A stretch of 64,000 nucleotides of DNA from Roseobacter sp. (GTDB taxonomy: Bacteria; Pseudomonadota; Alphaproteobacteria; Rhodobacterales; Rhodobacteraceae), in the NCBI GenBank assembly GCA_045106135.1, contig JBGCEG010000061.1, positions 34,809 through 98,808 of the forward strand, read 5' to 3'. Shown here piece by piece: positions 48,961 to 59,155 of this stretch. The position numbers and the translations under genes were made by a program. The notes below the pieces were generated by a model. It ran no database searches and was not told where the DNA came from. It saw nothing but the letters and a program-made list of their open reading frames with translations. The first letter of the stretch is position 1, and every line of letters starts with the position of its first letter.

Positions 48961-50520
48961 TCAGGGCGCGGTGGGCCATGGGTCTGTGCCGATGCGGCGC
49001 GCGTCTGTTTGCGCGGTCAGTCGTTTGCGCAGGTCTGTCTTAAGCACTTTCCCGTAGTTGTTTTTGGGCAAGGCATCGCAGAAAATATATTGTTTTGGTC
49101 GTTTGAAACGGGCGATTGCATCAAGGCACAGTTGGTCCAATGCCTCGGGCGTGACATCGGCTCCCGCCTCAGGCACGACAAACGCGACGATGATCTCGCC
49201 CCACTCTGTGTCTTCCTGCCCGACCACCGACACCTCTTTTACTTTTGCGTGGCGCAGCAGGACTTCTTCGACCTCGCGGGGGTAGACGTTTGATCCGCCG
49301 GTGATGATCACGTCCTTGGACCGATCCTGCAGCGTGACGTAGCTTTCGGCATCCATCCGGCCCATGTCACCGGTCCAGAGCCACCCGTCGCGCAGGGTTT
49401 CTGCCGTGGCTTTCGGGTTGCGCCAGTAGCCTGCCATCACCGTGCGCCCCCTGACCACGATTTCGCCGCTGTCACCGGGGGCCAAAGGCATCCCTTGCGC
49501 ATCCACGATGCTTACCTCGACTTCCGTCTGCGGGCGGCCCACCGAATTCAGGCGCCCAGCCCAGCCCGGCCGCACCCGGTCGGCCACATCGGCGCGCGAC
49601 AGGGCGGTGATGCCCATCGGGCATTCGCCCTGGCCATAAATCTGCACAAAGCGCGCGCCCATCACGGTTGTGGCGTCGATGATATCGGCCTCATACATCG
49701 GCCCGCCCGCGTAGACGATGGTGCGCAGGCCCTCACCGTTCTGGCCGTCCGCTTTGGCCGTATCAACAAGACGCCGGACCATGGTGGGCGCCGCAAACAT
49801 CGAAACCGGCCCCACCTGTGGTGCAAGCGTCAGCACCTCGCGCGCGTCAAACCCGCCACTTGCCGGGATGACATGCCGCGCGCCGCGCATCACATGCATG
49901 AAGTTATAAAGCCCGGCCCCGTGGCTCATGGGGGCGGCATACAGAATGGCGTCCTCCGCCATCACAGGGTCGACGTCAACAAAGTAGCTTAGCGCCATGG
50001 ACGCAATGTTGCCGCAGGTGATCATCACCCCCTTGGGCGTGCCGGTGGTGCCAGAGGTGTAGAACAGCCACGCCAGATCATCCGGCGCGCGAGGGGCTGG
50101 TGCGGGTGTTGCGGTGCTGCCAAACAAAGCCTCGAAACGCGATGTCCCCACAGTGATAATGTCAGCCTCAACCAGCGGCTTCAGGCTTTGGGCCGTGGCT
50201 GCATCCGCAAACACCACCGACGCCTGCGCATTGTCGAGTATCCACGCGGCTTCGCGCGCGTGCAGTTTGCCGTTGATGGGCACCACTGCTGCGCCAATCC
50301 ACCACGCGCCATACAAGATCTCCAAATATTCAGGGCAATTGGCCATGAAAAGGGCGACGCGGTCGCCCGCACCGATGCCGTTGCGCGCCAACGATGCCCC
50401 AATCGCTGCCGCGCGGGTCGCAAAGGTCGCGTAGTCAGCCACGCACTGCGTGCCAAGGAACAATGCAGGCGCGGTTGGGTGCGCCTGCGCGGTGCGCGCC
50501 AGCCAGACCGCCGGGTTCAC
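48961..50520 (-). CDS. AMP-binding long-chain fatty acyl-CoA ligase
   Basis: YTSGTTGTPKG, YGQGE, WTGD, NNYGK motifs. Confidence 0.9.
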   Translation of the reverse strand: MNPAVWLARTAQAHPTAPALFLGTQCVADYATFATRAAAIGASLARNGIGAGDRVALFMANCPEYLEILYGAWWIGAAVVPINGKLHAREAAWILDNAQASVVFADAATAQSLKPLVEADIITVGTSRFEALFGSTATPAPAPRAPDDLAWLFYTSGTTGTPKGVMITCGNIASMALSYFVDVDPVMAEDAILYAAPMSHGAGLYNFMHVMRGARHVIPASGGFDAREVLTLAPQVGPVSMFAAPTMVRRLVDTAKADGQNGEGLRTIVYAGGPMYEADIIDATTVMGARFVQIYGQGECPMGITALSRADVADRVRPGWAGRLNSVGRPQTEVEVSIVDAQGMPLAPGDSGEIVVRGRTVMAGYWRNPKATAETLRDGWLWTGDMGRMDAESYVTLQDRSKDVIITGGSNVYPREVEEVLLRHAKVKEVSVVGQEDTEWGEIIVAFVVPEAGADVTPEALDQLCLDAIARFKRPKQYIFCDALPKNNYGKVLKTDLRKRLTAQTDARRIGTDPWPTAP

Positions 50521-50684
50521 AGGCAGGTGTCCTTACATTCCGACGACAGCCCACCCTGCGGTGCCGCTCTGCCGCCTCCCTTTCGACGCATGGTGATCTT
50601 TCCCCCGCTTGCGAACACGTGGTGGAACCCTAGCAGAAGGGCGGCACCCTGCTCAATGAACGCTTATCTGAGTGCAAGGGCCTG

Positions 50685-51713
50685 TCAGGCCGTTTGCGCG
50701 GAAGGGACCACGTGGCCTTCGATCAACTGCATCAGGTCGCCGAAATAGCCGCCGCTGCGTGCCGGTCTGGTGGGGTCTGAGGTCAGCGCTATGGTCAGGC
50801 GTCTTGCCGGCATCACAAAGATGATCTGCCCCCCATAGCCACGTGCCAAGGCAAAGGCATCGCCCCGGGTCCGGCCCAGAAACCAGCCATAGCCATAGTC
50901 CATGCCTGAAAACGGGGAGCGGGTGCGCGCGGTCATGGATTGGCGTATCCAGTCTGTACTGATGACTTGCCGCCCTTGCCAGCGCCCGCCCAGCCTGTAC
51001 ATCTCCCCGATCAGCGCCATGGCATCCAGTGTCAGCGCCATCTCATTGCCGCCCAGATAGCGCCCTTGCGGATCACGGGTCCATGCGGGCACGTCAAATC
51101 CCAAAGGCGCGCCCAACCGGTCGCGGGCCAATTGCAGCAAAGACTGCCCCGACACGTCGGCAAGAACGGCACCCAGAACATGCGTTGATCCGGTGGAGTA
51201 GAGCATCCGCGCGCCCGGGGTCGCGACAAAAGGGCGGCTCAACGCGTTTGCCACCCAGTTGGCACTGCTCACCCATTCACCGTAATTGGCCCCCGATGTA
51301 CGTTCCAGCCCGGCTTGCAACGTCACGAGGTTTTCGATCGTGAGCCCGGCCACGCCGGGGTCGGCACCTTGTGGGATGAGGCCGGGGCTTACCTGCCCCA
51401 AGGTGGCCCGGACGTCCCTGATCTCGCCCCGGTCAATGGCCGCCCCCGTCAATGCCGCAACGATTGATTTGGACACAGACTTGATCGGCACGGCACGCCC
51501 CTCGGGCGGCCCTCTGAAGGTCTCGCGCAGCACGCTTTCCCCGTCTTGCAAAATAAGCACCGCGTGACACTGCGGCAGGGCCGCTGCCGCCGCACGCACT
51601 CCGGACCAAGCTGCCGTCTGCGCCGCCACCGCGGGGGCAAACAAAGCCGCCACCCCTGATGCAAGAAGGCGTCGCCTGCTAATGGTTTTCTCGGATTTCA
51701 AAATGTTTTTCAT
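50685..51713 (-). CDS. Serine hydrolase (beta-lactamase/NylB-like), Tat signal
   Basis: SRRRLL signal; SVSK (SxxK), YST, ARGYGGQ motifs. Confidence 0.85.
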   Translation of the reverse strand: MKNILKSEKTISRRRLLASGVAALFAPAVAAQTAAWSGVRAAAAALPQCHAVLILQDGESVLRETFRGPPEGRAVPIKSVSKSIVAALTGAAIDRGEIRDVRATLGQVSPGLIPQGADPGVAGLTIENLVTLQAGLERTSGANYGEWVSSANWVANALSRPFVATPGARMLYSTGSTHVLGAVLADVSGQSLLQLARDRLGAPLGFDVPAWTRDPQGRYLGGNEMALTLDAMALIGEMYRLGGRWQGRQVISTDWIRQSMTARTRSPFSGMDYGYGWFLGRTRGDAFALARGYGGQIIFVMPARRLTIALTSDPTRPARSGGYFGDLMQLIEGHVVPSAQTA

Positions 51714-51825
51714 GACCCACATATAGCCGCAAACCCCCGCAATACGAGCGCAGGCGCGATCACAGTTGCGCAAGGCAGCGCATCATCGCATAGTCAGCGC
51801 TGCCCTTGCAGGAAAGCTCACTTGA

Positions 51826-52857
51826 ATGCCCCAGACCGACCAGTTGAACCGCCGCATTGTCCTTGCAGAACGCCCCATCGGCCCCCCGGATGCGAACACT
51901 CTGAGGCTTGAAGACAGCCCCCTGCCGCAGCCTGCAGCGGGCGAGATGCTCTTGCGCACCCGGTATCTGTCGCTTGATCCTTACATGCGCGGGCGGATGA
52001 ATGACGCCAAATCCTATGCCGAACCGGTCAAGATTGGTGAGGTCATGACAGGGCAGGTGGTCGCAGAGGTCATGCAGTCCGACGTCGAAGGCTTTGCCCC
52101 CGGCGATCTGGTGCTGAACATGTCGGGCTGGCAAGACTACGCCGTGTCGGATGGCAAAGAGGTGCTCAACCTTGGGCAAACGCCTGATAACCCGTCCTGG
52201 GCCTTGGGGATACTGGGGATGCCGGGCTATACCGCCTATGCGGGCCTGCTGGACATCGGCGCGCCCAAGCCCGGTGAGACCGTTGTGGTGGCCGCAGCCT
52301 CCGGCCCGGTGGGGGCCACGGTCGGCCAGATTGCCAAGATCAAAGGCTGCCGCGTGGTCGGTGTAGCGGGTGGCGCTGAAAAATGCGCGCATGTGACAGG
52401 AACGCTGGGGTTTGACGCCTGCATTGATCACCGTGCCGACGATTTCGCGGAGCAGCTTAAGGCCGCCTGCCCTGACGGCATCGACGTCTATTTTGAAAAC
52501 GTGGGCGGCAAGGTGCTTTATGGCGTGCTGCCGCTGCTCAATGCCTTTGCGCGGGTGCCTGTGTGCGGCGTGGTGTCGTGGTACAACCTCAAAAGCCTGC
52601 CCGATGGCCCCGACATGGGCCCCACCATCATGGGGACGATCCTGCGCATGAAGGTCAAAATGCAAGGTTTCATCATCTTCGACAGTTTTGGCCCAGAGAC
52701 CTACCGCGCGTTCCGCCGCGACATGACCGCGTGGCTGGCCGAGGGAAAAGTGCACTACACCGAGCAGCGCATCGAGGGGCTGGAGGCTGCACCGCAAGCG
52801 CTTTATGACCTGCTGGAAGGGCGCAGCTTTGGCAAGATGGTGGTTCAGGTCGACTGA
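51826..52857 (+). CDS. NADP-dependent oxidoreductase (YncB/CurA, PTGR-like)
   Basis: LSLDPYMRGRM, GMPGYTAY.GL, AASGPVG, YFENVGG motifs. Confidence 0.92.
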   Translation: MPQTDQLNRRIVLAERPIGPPDANTLRLEDSPLPQPAAGEMLLRTRYLSLDPYMRGRMNDAKSYAEPVKIGEVMTGQVVAEVMQSDVEGFAPGDLVLNMSGWQDYAVSDGKEVLNLGQTPDNPSWALGILGMPGYTAYAGLLDIGAPKPGETVVVAAASGPVGATVGQIAKIKGCRVVGVAGGAEKCAHVTGTLGFDACIDHRADDFAEQLKAACPDGIDVYFENVGGKVLYGVLPLLNAFARVPVCGVVSWYNLKSLPDGPDMGPTIMGTILRMKVKMQGFIIFDSFGPETYRAFRRDMTAWLAEGKVHYTEQRIEGLEAAPQALYDLLEGRSFGKMVVQVD

Positions 52858-52937
52858 TCAGCGCACCGGACCCACTTTACAGCGTAGGCGCAGAACCTTA
52901 GCTAAAGGGTACTGGCTGCGGAAAGAACCCGTCCTTC

Positions 52938-54719
52938 ATGCTGCAATCCCTTCTTAAACTGCTGGGCAACGAGACCACGCAACGACTGGTGCGCGAGAAC
53001 TTCCGCGCCCAACGCAGCAACTATGGCATTTCCATCGTCGCCATGGTGGTGATTGCCGTGACCACGGCGCTGACCGCCTACATCATGAAAGACATCATCG
53101 ACAGCATGATCGGGACGGACAATCGCGCAAAGGTCTTTGCGGTTGCCGGGGCGGTGGCGCTGATCTTTCTGGTCAAGGGCGCTGCGACCTACGTTCAGGT
53201 CGTTTTCCTCAGCCGCGCAGGCAATGGAATTGTGGCAGCCCAGCAGCGCAAGCTGTATGACCGCATTCTTGAACATGGGGTTGCGTTTTTCTCTGAGGAC
53301 AGCTCGTCCAATCTGCTGATGCGGGTGACCCAATCGGCCAACATGGCGCGACAGGTCATCGACACGATTGTCATGAGCTTTGTGCGCGACCTGCTGACGC
53401 TCGTAGGCCTCATCATCGTGATGGTGACCCAACAACCCACGCTCACGTTTTTTTCGCTGATCTTCGGGCCTCTGGCGATCCTTGGCATGCGCAAGATCCT
53501 GAGCAAAGTGAAAGGGATCGTCGAGGCGGAACTGGCCTCACTTGCCGAGATCATGAAGGTCATTCAGGAAACCTCCGCCGGGATCCGCGTGGTCAAAGCC
53601 TTTGCACTTGAGCAGAATATGACCGGGCGCATGAACACGGCCATTCGCAGCGTGGAAAGCCGCGCCAATGCGGTGGCCCGGCTGGAGGCGATGACCAGCC
53701 CCTTGATGGAGACGCTGTCGGGATTTGCCATCGCAGCCGTCGTGGCCCTGAGTGCCGTCAGCCTGTTTGGGGAGGCGACCTCGTCGCCCGGGCAACTTAT
53801 GTCCTTCGTCACGGCCCTTCTGATGGCCTATGAGCCTGCAAAACGGCTGGCCCGGATGCGCGTCACAATCGAAGCAGGCATGACCGGTGTGTCGATGATG
53901 TATCAGATCCTTGATGAGCCGATCACGGTGGTCGAGGCGGACGCCCCGCAGGCCTTGCCCGCAGACAAAAATGACGTGGCCTTTCGCAGCGTCAGCTTCC
54001 GCTACGGCGAGGCGCAACAGATCCTGAATGAGCTGGACATCAGGTTCGAGGCGGGCAAAACCACCGCGCTTGTTGGCCCATCGGGCGGCGGAAAATCGAC
54101 CGTCATCAACCTGATTATGCGGCTTTATGATCCCACAAAAGGCCACGTGGAGATTGGCGGCATGGACCTGCGCGCGGCCAGTTTTGCGTCGCTGCGCAAC
54201 AAGATTGCATTTGTCGGTCAGGACACTTTTCTGTTCTCCGGCACGATCCGGCATAACATTGCACTTGGGCGCGAGGACGCCACCGAGGCGCAGATCGAGG
54301 CCGCCGCCCGAAACGCAAATGCCCATGATTTCATCATGGCCCTGCCCCATGGATACGAGACGGAAATCGGAGAAAACGGCGCGGGACTGTCAGGGGGCCA
54401 GCGCCAGCGCATCGCCATTGCCCGCGCGATCCTGCGCGACAGCCCGATCCTGTTGATGGATGAGGCCACCAGCGCGCTGGATGCGGAAAGCGAACATCTG
54501 GTCAAAGAGGCGTTGCACGAATTGACGCGCGGGCGCACCACGGTGGTCATTGCGCACAGGTTGTCGACCGTTCTGGAGGCGGACAAGATCATCGTTCTGG
54601 ATCAGGGCCGCGTCGCCGAAGAAGGTTCTGTCGCGGATTTGCTGGGCAGAGATGGCTTGTTCCGGAAACTCTACAACCGGCAATTTGCGCCGAGGGCGGA
54701 AGGTCAGAATGACCTTTGA
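52938..54719 (+). CDS. MsbA-like ABC exporter
   Basis: TMD with SPLME, Y.P.K.L; GPSGGGKS, LSGGQRQR, DEATSALD. Confidence 0.88.
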   Translation: MLQSLLKLLGNETTQRLVRENFRAQRSNYGISIVAMVVIAVTTALTAYIMKDIIDSMIGTDNRAKVFAVAGAVALIFLVKGAATYVQVVFLSRAGNGIVAAQQRKLYDRILEHGVAFFSEDSSSNLLMRVTQSANMARQVIDTIVMSFVRDLLTLVGLIIVMVTQQPTLTFFSLIFGPLAILGMRKILSKVKGIVEAELASLAEIMKVIQETSAGIRVVKAFALEQNMTGRMNTAIRSVESRANAVARLEAMTSPLMETLSGFAIAAVVALSAVSLFGEATSSPGQLMSFVTALLMAYEPAKRLARMRVTIEAGMTGVSMMYQILDEPITVVEADAPQALPADKNDVAFRSVSFRYGEAQQILNELDIRFEAGKTTALVGPSGGGKSTVINLIMRLYDPTKGHVEIGGMDLRAASFASLRNKIAFVGQDTFLFSGTIRHNIALGREDATEAQIEAAARNANAHDFIMALPHGYETEIGENGAGLSGGQRQRIAIARAILRDSPILLMDEATSALDAESEHLVKEALHELTRGRTTVVIAHRLSTVLEADKIIVLDQGRVAEEGSVADLLGRDGLFRKLYNRQFAPRAEGQNDL

Positions 54720-54734
54720 GCCACGGTGCCCCGC

Positions 54735-55538
54735 ATGAGCCGTTTGCGCGTGGCTCTGATCGGCTTTGGCGCAATTGGCGCAGAGGTCTATGCGCGGGCA
54801 AGGGCTTTCCCTGAGCTTGAAATCAGCCACGTGGTCGTGCGCGCGGCCCGTGTGGCAGAGACCCGGCAAAGCGTTTCGGAAACGACGGTTGTGGTCTCGC
54901 AGGTCAGTGACATTGGCGGGCCTGTTGATGTGGCGCTTGAAGTCGCAGGTCATAGCGCGCTGGAAAGCCACGGCCTGCAAGCGCTGGCGCGCGGGATTGA
55001 TCTGTGTGTGGCATCGGTGGGCGCGCTGGCGCAGGATGATCTGCGTCTGCGTTTGATTGACACCGCAACAGCGCACGCTGCCCGGCTGGAAATTTTGCCC
55101 GGTGCGATTGGTGGCATTGATGCGCTGGCCGCCGCCGCACAGGACGGTCTGACAGATGTCTCTTACATCGGGCGAAAGCCCCCTGCTGCGTGGCGCGGCA
55201 GCCCGGCGGATGGGCTCTTTGATCTTGATACGATCACACGCGAAACGGTCTTGTTCGAAGGCACAGCGCGCGAGGCCGCCCTGTCCTATCCGAAAAACGC
55301 AAACGTGGTGGCGACGGTGGCGCTGGCCGGTCTTGGGCTCGACGCAACCCGTGTTCAGTTGCTGGCCGACCCTGCCGCGCGCGGCAACACCCATAAGATC
55401 GCGGCCACCGGACCATTGGTGGCGCTCGACTACGTCACGGGCGGCAAACCGCTGCCAAGCAACCCCAGAACATCCGCCCTCACGGCGCTGAGCGCGCTGC
55501 GGACGCTCAGAAACCGGGCAGGCCCTGTCAGCCTCTAG
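54735..55538 (+). CDS. nadX: L-aspartate dehydrogenase-like protein
   Basis: IGFGAIG, ASVGAL, GAIGGID, RKPP, EAA..YP.NANV, N.H, NPRTS motifs. Confidence 0.85.
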   Translation: MSRLRVALIGFGAIGAEVYARARAFPELEISHVVVRAARVAETRQSVSETTVVVSQVSDIGGPVDVALEVAGHSALESHGLQALARGIDLCVASVGALAQDDLRLRLIDTATAHAARLEILPGAIGGIDALAAAAQDGLTDVSYIGRKPPAAWRGSPADGLFDLDTITRETVLFEGTAREAALSYPKNANVVATVALAGLGLDATRVQLLADPAARGNTHKIAATGPLVALDYVTGGKPLPSNPRTSALTALSALRTLRNRAGPVSL

Positions 55539-55640
55539 AGTGTTTCGATTTATACTTGAAGCACTTGTTCGCGGCCTCTCCCTTTGGTCGAACGCGAAAA
55601 GAAATGAGCGATGTCTCAAGTTAAAATCGACACGCTTTAG
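55535..55640. mobile_element. MITE-like palindromic element, 106 bp
   Basis: Imperfect 25-bp terminal inverted repeats, 20/25 matching by hand alignment: CTAGAGTGTTTCGATTTATACTTGA versus CTAAAGCGTGTCGATTTTAACTTGA; AT-richer than the flanks. Confidence 0.65.
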
Positions 55641-56287
55641 GCCTCCCAGTCGATATCGAAATGATCGACCAGATCTGTTATCTGCGCGTCGGTCAGCATG
55701 CGCGCGGGAATGCCGCGCATCAGCATGGCAAGCCGCGCGGTGTCCTCAAGTTCCTCAATGGCATTGCAAGCGGCCTCCACGTCCTTGCCGGCGACCACCG
55801 GGCCATGATTGGCCAGCATGACCGCCGTGCGCTTGCCTGCAAGACCGCGCACGGCCTCGCCCATGGCAGGGTCGCCCGGTCGAAAATAAGGCAGCAGCTT
55901 TACGCGCCCCAGTTTCATGATGCCGTAGGGCGTAAGCGGCGGCAGAAAGTTATCCGCATCCGCATCCGGCATCATCGACCACGCGACCGAATGACACGAA
56001 TGCAAGTGCACAACAGCCCCTGCCGTGCTGCGCGTGTCGTAGAAGGCCTGATGCAAGGGCATTTCCTTTGTGGGCTTGTCCCCGCCTATCAGCTTGCCGT
56101 GCGCATCAAAATGGCTGAGCCTCGACGGATCAAGGCGGCCAAAGCTGGTCCCGGTTGGGGAGACCAGCAACCCACCCTCTGCGGTGCGCGCAGAGATATT
56201 TCCGGTACTGCCCCCGGTCAGCCCCCGGTCGAACATGGATTTGGCCAAGAGGCAAATCTGCTCTCTGAGGCGGGCGTCAGCGCTCAT
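55637..56287 (-). CDS. otnC: 3-oxo-tetronate 4-phosphate decarboxylase (class II aldolase)
   Basis: GSTGNIS, PTKE..LH, VHLHS, NHG motifs; downstream of otnK. Confidence 0.85.
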   Translation of the reverse strand: MSADARLREQICLLAKSMFDRGLTGGSTGNISARTAEGGLLVSPTGTSFGRLDPSRLSHFDAHGKLIGGDKPTKEMPLHQAFYDTRSTAGAVVHLHSCHSVAWSMMPDADADNFLPPLTPYGIMKLGRVKLLPYFRPGDPAMGEAVRGLAGKRTAVMLANHGPVVAGKDVEAACNAIEELEDTARLAMLMRGIPARMLTDAQITDLVDHFDIDWEA

Positions 56288-57555
56288 GGCTGATCCAGCA
56301 AAGACAGCGCATCAGCAAAGAAGCTCTCTGCGCCGAAATTGCCGGATTTCAGCGTGATGGCAATGTCGCGCCCTGCGCTTTGCGCGAAACACCATGGAAC
56401 GCCGGGGGCAATTTCTGCGCCAATCTCAAGCCTTGTGACGTCCAGCGCCTTGGTAACCGCGCCAGAGGTCTCACCGCCTGCCACGACAAAGCGTTGTGCG
56501 CCTGCGGCGCGTGCTGCCACAGCGCAGCGCGCCAGTGCCTCTTCCACAAGCGCGCCTGCTTTCGCCACGCCCAGTTCGTTTTGCGCCGCCCGCACATCGT
56601 CAGGCTCTGCCGTGGCATACAAAAGCGGGGCTTTTTCCATTGACTGTGCGGCAAGCCATTCAAGCGCCTCTGCCGCACCGTCCCGCGCAAGGGCGCGCGG
56701 ATCAAGCCGGAAACCGGGCGCACCGGTTGCCAAGTAGGCGGCCACCTGCGCCCGCGTCATAGCCGAACAACTGCCCGACAGGACAAGTGCCCCGGCCCCA
56801 AGCTGCGGCGTTGTCAACCCAGTGGCCTCTTCCAGCCCGCCGCTGTCGCGCCAAAGCGCGGGCAAGGGGGCTGCAACCGCAGAGCCACCGGTCATCAGCG
56901 CCATGTCCTGACAGGCAGCGGCAATCACATCCAGATCGGCATTCGCCACCGCATCCAGCACCACATGCGACACGCCCTCGTCTGCAAGGCACGCACAAGC
57001 GGCCCGCACAGCCTCCGCACCTTTGGCGACGGTAAGCCTGTCCACAAGGCCCACGGCCCCTGTCACTTGCGGCGCGAGCAGGCGCATCAGGTTGCTGTCG
57101 CGCATCGGCGTCAGCGGGTGATCCTTCATCGGGCTTTCGCTGAGCGGATCGCGCCCGACAAACAGATTACCCATGAAAATAGCGCGCCCGTTTTCAGGAA
57201 AGGCCGGGCAGTAGATGGTTTGCGCCACAGCTAGGTCGGCCATCAGCGCCTCTGCCACCGGGCCAATGTTGCCCTCCGGCGTGCTGTCAAAGGTCGAGCA
57301 GTATTTCCAGAAAAAGCGCGAGGCCCCGGTGGCGCGCAGCCACTTGAGCGCCGCGCGACACTCAGACACCGCCTCATCCACAGGTGCTGTGCGACATTTG
57401 AGCGCGATGACTTCAAAGGGCGCGATGTCACCAGAGGGGGCTTCCTCCGGCACGCCGATGCGCAAGGACACACGAACGCCCGACCGCGCCAGCAGACCTG
57501 CGAGATCTGTGGCCCCTGTGAAATCATCGGCAATCGCGCCGAATAGCGCGCTCAC
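56284..57555 (-). CDS. otnK: 3-oxo-tetronate kinase (DUF1537 family)
   Basis: IADDFTGATD, KYCSTFDST..GNIG, GGETSG, KSGNFG motifs. Confidence 0.92.
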   Translation of the reverse strand: MSALFGAIADDFTGATDLAGLLARSGVRVSLRIGVPEEAPSGDIAPFEVIALKCRTAPVDEAVSECRAALKWLRATGASRFFWKYCSTFDSTPEGNIGPVAEALMADLAVAQTIYCPAFPENGRAIFMGNLFVGRDPLSESPMKDHPLTPMRDSNLMRLLAPQVTGAVGLVDRLTVAKGAEAVRAACACLADEGVSHVVLDAVANADLDVIAAACQDMALMTGGSAVAAPLPALWRDSGGLEEATGLTTPQLGAGALVLSGSCSAMTRAQVAAYLATGAPGFRLDPRALARDGAAEALEWLAAQSMEKAPLLYATAEPDDVRAAQNELGVAKAGALVEEALARCAVAARAAGAQRFVVAGGETSGAVTKALDVTRLEIGAEIAPGVPWCFAQSAGRDIAITLKSGNFGAESFFADALSLLDQP

Positions 57556-58454
57556 CCGTCGTCTCCGGGCAGGGAAAGCTGCGCGTTGCGGGCATAGACT
57601 TTGGCCACGGCGGCATCGTCTTCACCGCCCAGACCCATGCCTGCTGCGGCAATAAACTGCTGCAAGGCGGCAGCCGTGATTGGTGCACTGAACTGCGCTG
57701 ATTTGGCGATATCCAGCACGATCCCCAAATCTTTGGGCCAGATATTGACCGACGAATGCGGTGTGTAATCCCCGGCAACGATATGGGGCGCGCGGTTCTC
57801 CAGCATCCAGCTTGAACCTGCGCATTTGCTGATCACTTCCAAAAACTGGTCCGGGGCCACGCCTTGAGTCATGCCGAAGGTCAGCGCCTCTGCCATTGTG
57901 GCGATATGCACGCCTGCCAAAAGCTGATTGACCGCTTTCATCGCAGACCCGGCACCAGCCCCGCCCAGCTCAAAAACGGTCTCTGCGATGGCATCCAGGG
58001 TCGGGCGCGCCGCTGCAAACGCGTCAGGAGAGCCTGCCGCCATAATAGTCAACTGCCCCGCCGCCGCCTTGAGCGATCCGCCAGAGATCGGCGCATCCAG
58101 ATAGTGAACCCCCGCCTCATCGCACCGGTGCGCCATCTCGCGGGCAAAATCGGGCGGCACGGTGGCGCAGGCCAGAACGACGGCGCCCGGTTTCAGATGC
58201 GACACGACGCCGTCCTCGCCAAAAAGCACATCTTCGGTCTGGGCCGCATTCAGAACCACCACGATCACCGCATCAAGATCGCCCGCCACATCCCGCAGTG
58301 CGCCCGCCGCGCCGCCTTCACCGGCAAATCGGTCCATCTGGGCGGCATTCACGTCAACGCCCCAGGTCTTGTGCCCGGCAGCCAAGGCTGATTTTGCGAT
58401 CCCGTATCCCATCGAGCCCAGCCCGATGACGGCAGTGTTTTGGTGTTGTGACAT
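57552..58454 (-). CDS. ltnD: L-threonate dehydrogenase
   Basis: IGLGSMG, LDAPISGG, K.VNQLLAGVHIA, SWMLENR, KDL motifs; adjacent to otnK; alternative in-frame start at 58490. Confidence 0.85.
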   Translation of the reverse strand: MSQHQNTAVIGLGSMGYGIAKSALAAGHKTWGVDVNAAQMDRFAGEGGAAGALRDVAGDLDAVIVVVLNAAQTEDVLFGEDGVVSHLKPGAVVLACATVPPDFAREMAHRCDEAGVHYLDAPISGGSLKAAAGQLTIMAAGSPDAFAAARPTLDAIAETVFELGGAGAGSAMKAVNQLLAGVHIATMAEALTFGMTQGVAPDQFLEVISKCAGSSWMLENRAPHIVAGDYTPHSSVNIWPKDLGIVLDIAKSAQFSAPITAAALQQFIAAAGMGLGGEDDAAVAKVYARNAQLSLPGDDG

Positions 58455-58486
58455 CTCAGTCCCCCTGTTGCGAACGTCTGCGCGTG

Positions 58487-59152
58487 TCATAGCTGATGAA
58501 AACGGTGCTTGCCCAGAAGGTTAATCAACATCTTCTTGGCACGACTGCGATGCGCGTGGTGCAGATCATGGGCGGTTTGCGCATCCCCTGCTGCAATCGC
58601 TCTCAAAACATCCCCGTGGTCTGTGTTGGAAGTATGGGGCAAAGGGCGAATGTAAAGCGTCATGGCGCGGGCGCGTTTGACCTGATCCTCCATCATCGCG
58701 ACAATCCGCTCAACCCGGGCGTTGCCGCCCAGCCGCACGAGTTCACGGTGAAAATCGGCGTCAGCTTCGGCCCAGCGCTCCCTGTCTTCGACCGCCAGCG
58801 CCTGTTCCATCCGGTCAATCGAACGCGCCAGTGTCGCCAGTTGCGTCAGCGGATAGTTCAGGCGGGCCGCATTGGCCGCCGCCAGACTTTCCAGTGCGGT
58901 CAGCACATCGTAGATTTCCGACATATCCTGCCTGGAGACCGGGATAACCCGCACCCCTTTGCGAGGCCGCACCTCGACCAGCCCCTGTGCGGCCAGCATC
59001 AGGGCTGCTTCGCGGACAGGCGTGCGCGATACGCCCAAACGTTCCGCCAGTTCGGTTTCAAGGTGATCCGAGCCCGGCGCAAGCGCCCCTGATACGACCA
59101 GTTCGCGCAAGGCGGCAGCGGCTCGCTGCGTGCTGGAGACGGTCTTTGCCAT
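58487..59152 (-). CDS. GntR family (FCD) transcriptional regulator
   Basis: LAERLGVSRTPVREA HTH; D..FH..GN FCD domain. Confidence 0.92.
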   Translation of the reverse strand: MAKTVSSTQRAAAALRELVVSGALAPGSDHLETELAERLGVSRTPVREAALMLAAQGLVEVRPRKGVRVIPVSRQDMSEIYDVLTALESLAAANAARLNYPLTQLATLARSIDRMEQALAVEDRERWAEADADFHRELVRLGGNARVERIVAMMEDQVKRARAMTLYIRPLPHTSNTDHGDVLRAIAAGDAQTAHDLHHAHRSRAKKMLINLLGKHRFHQL

Positions 59153-59155
59153 CGC

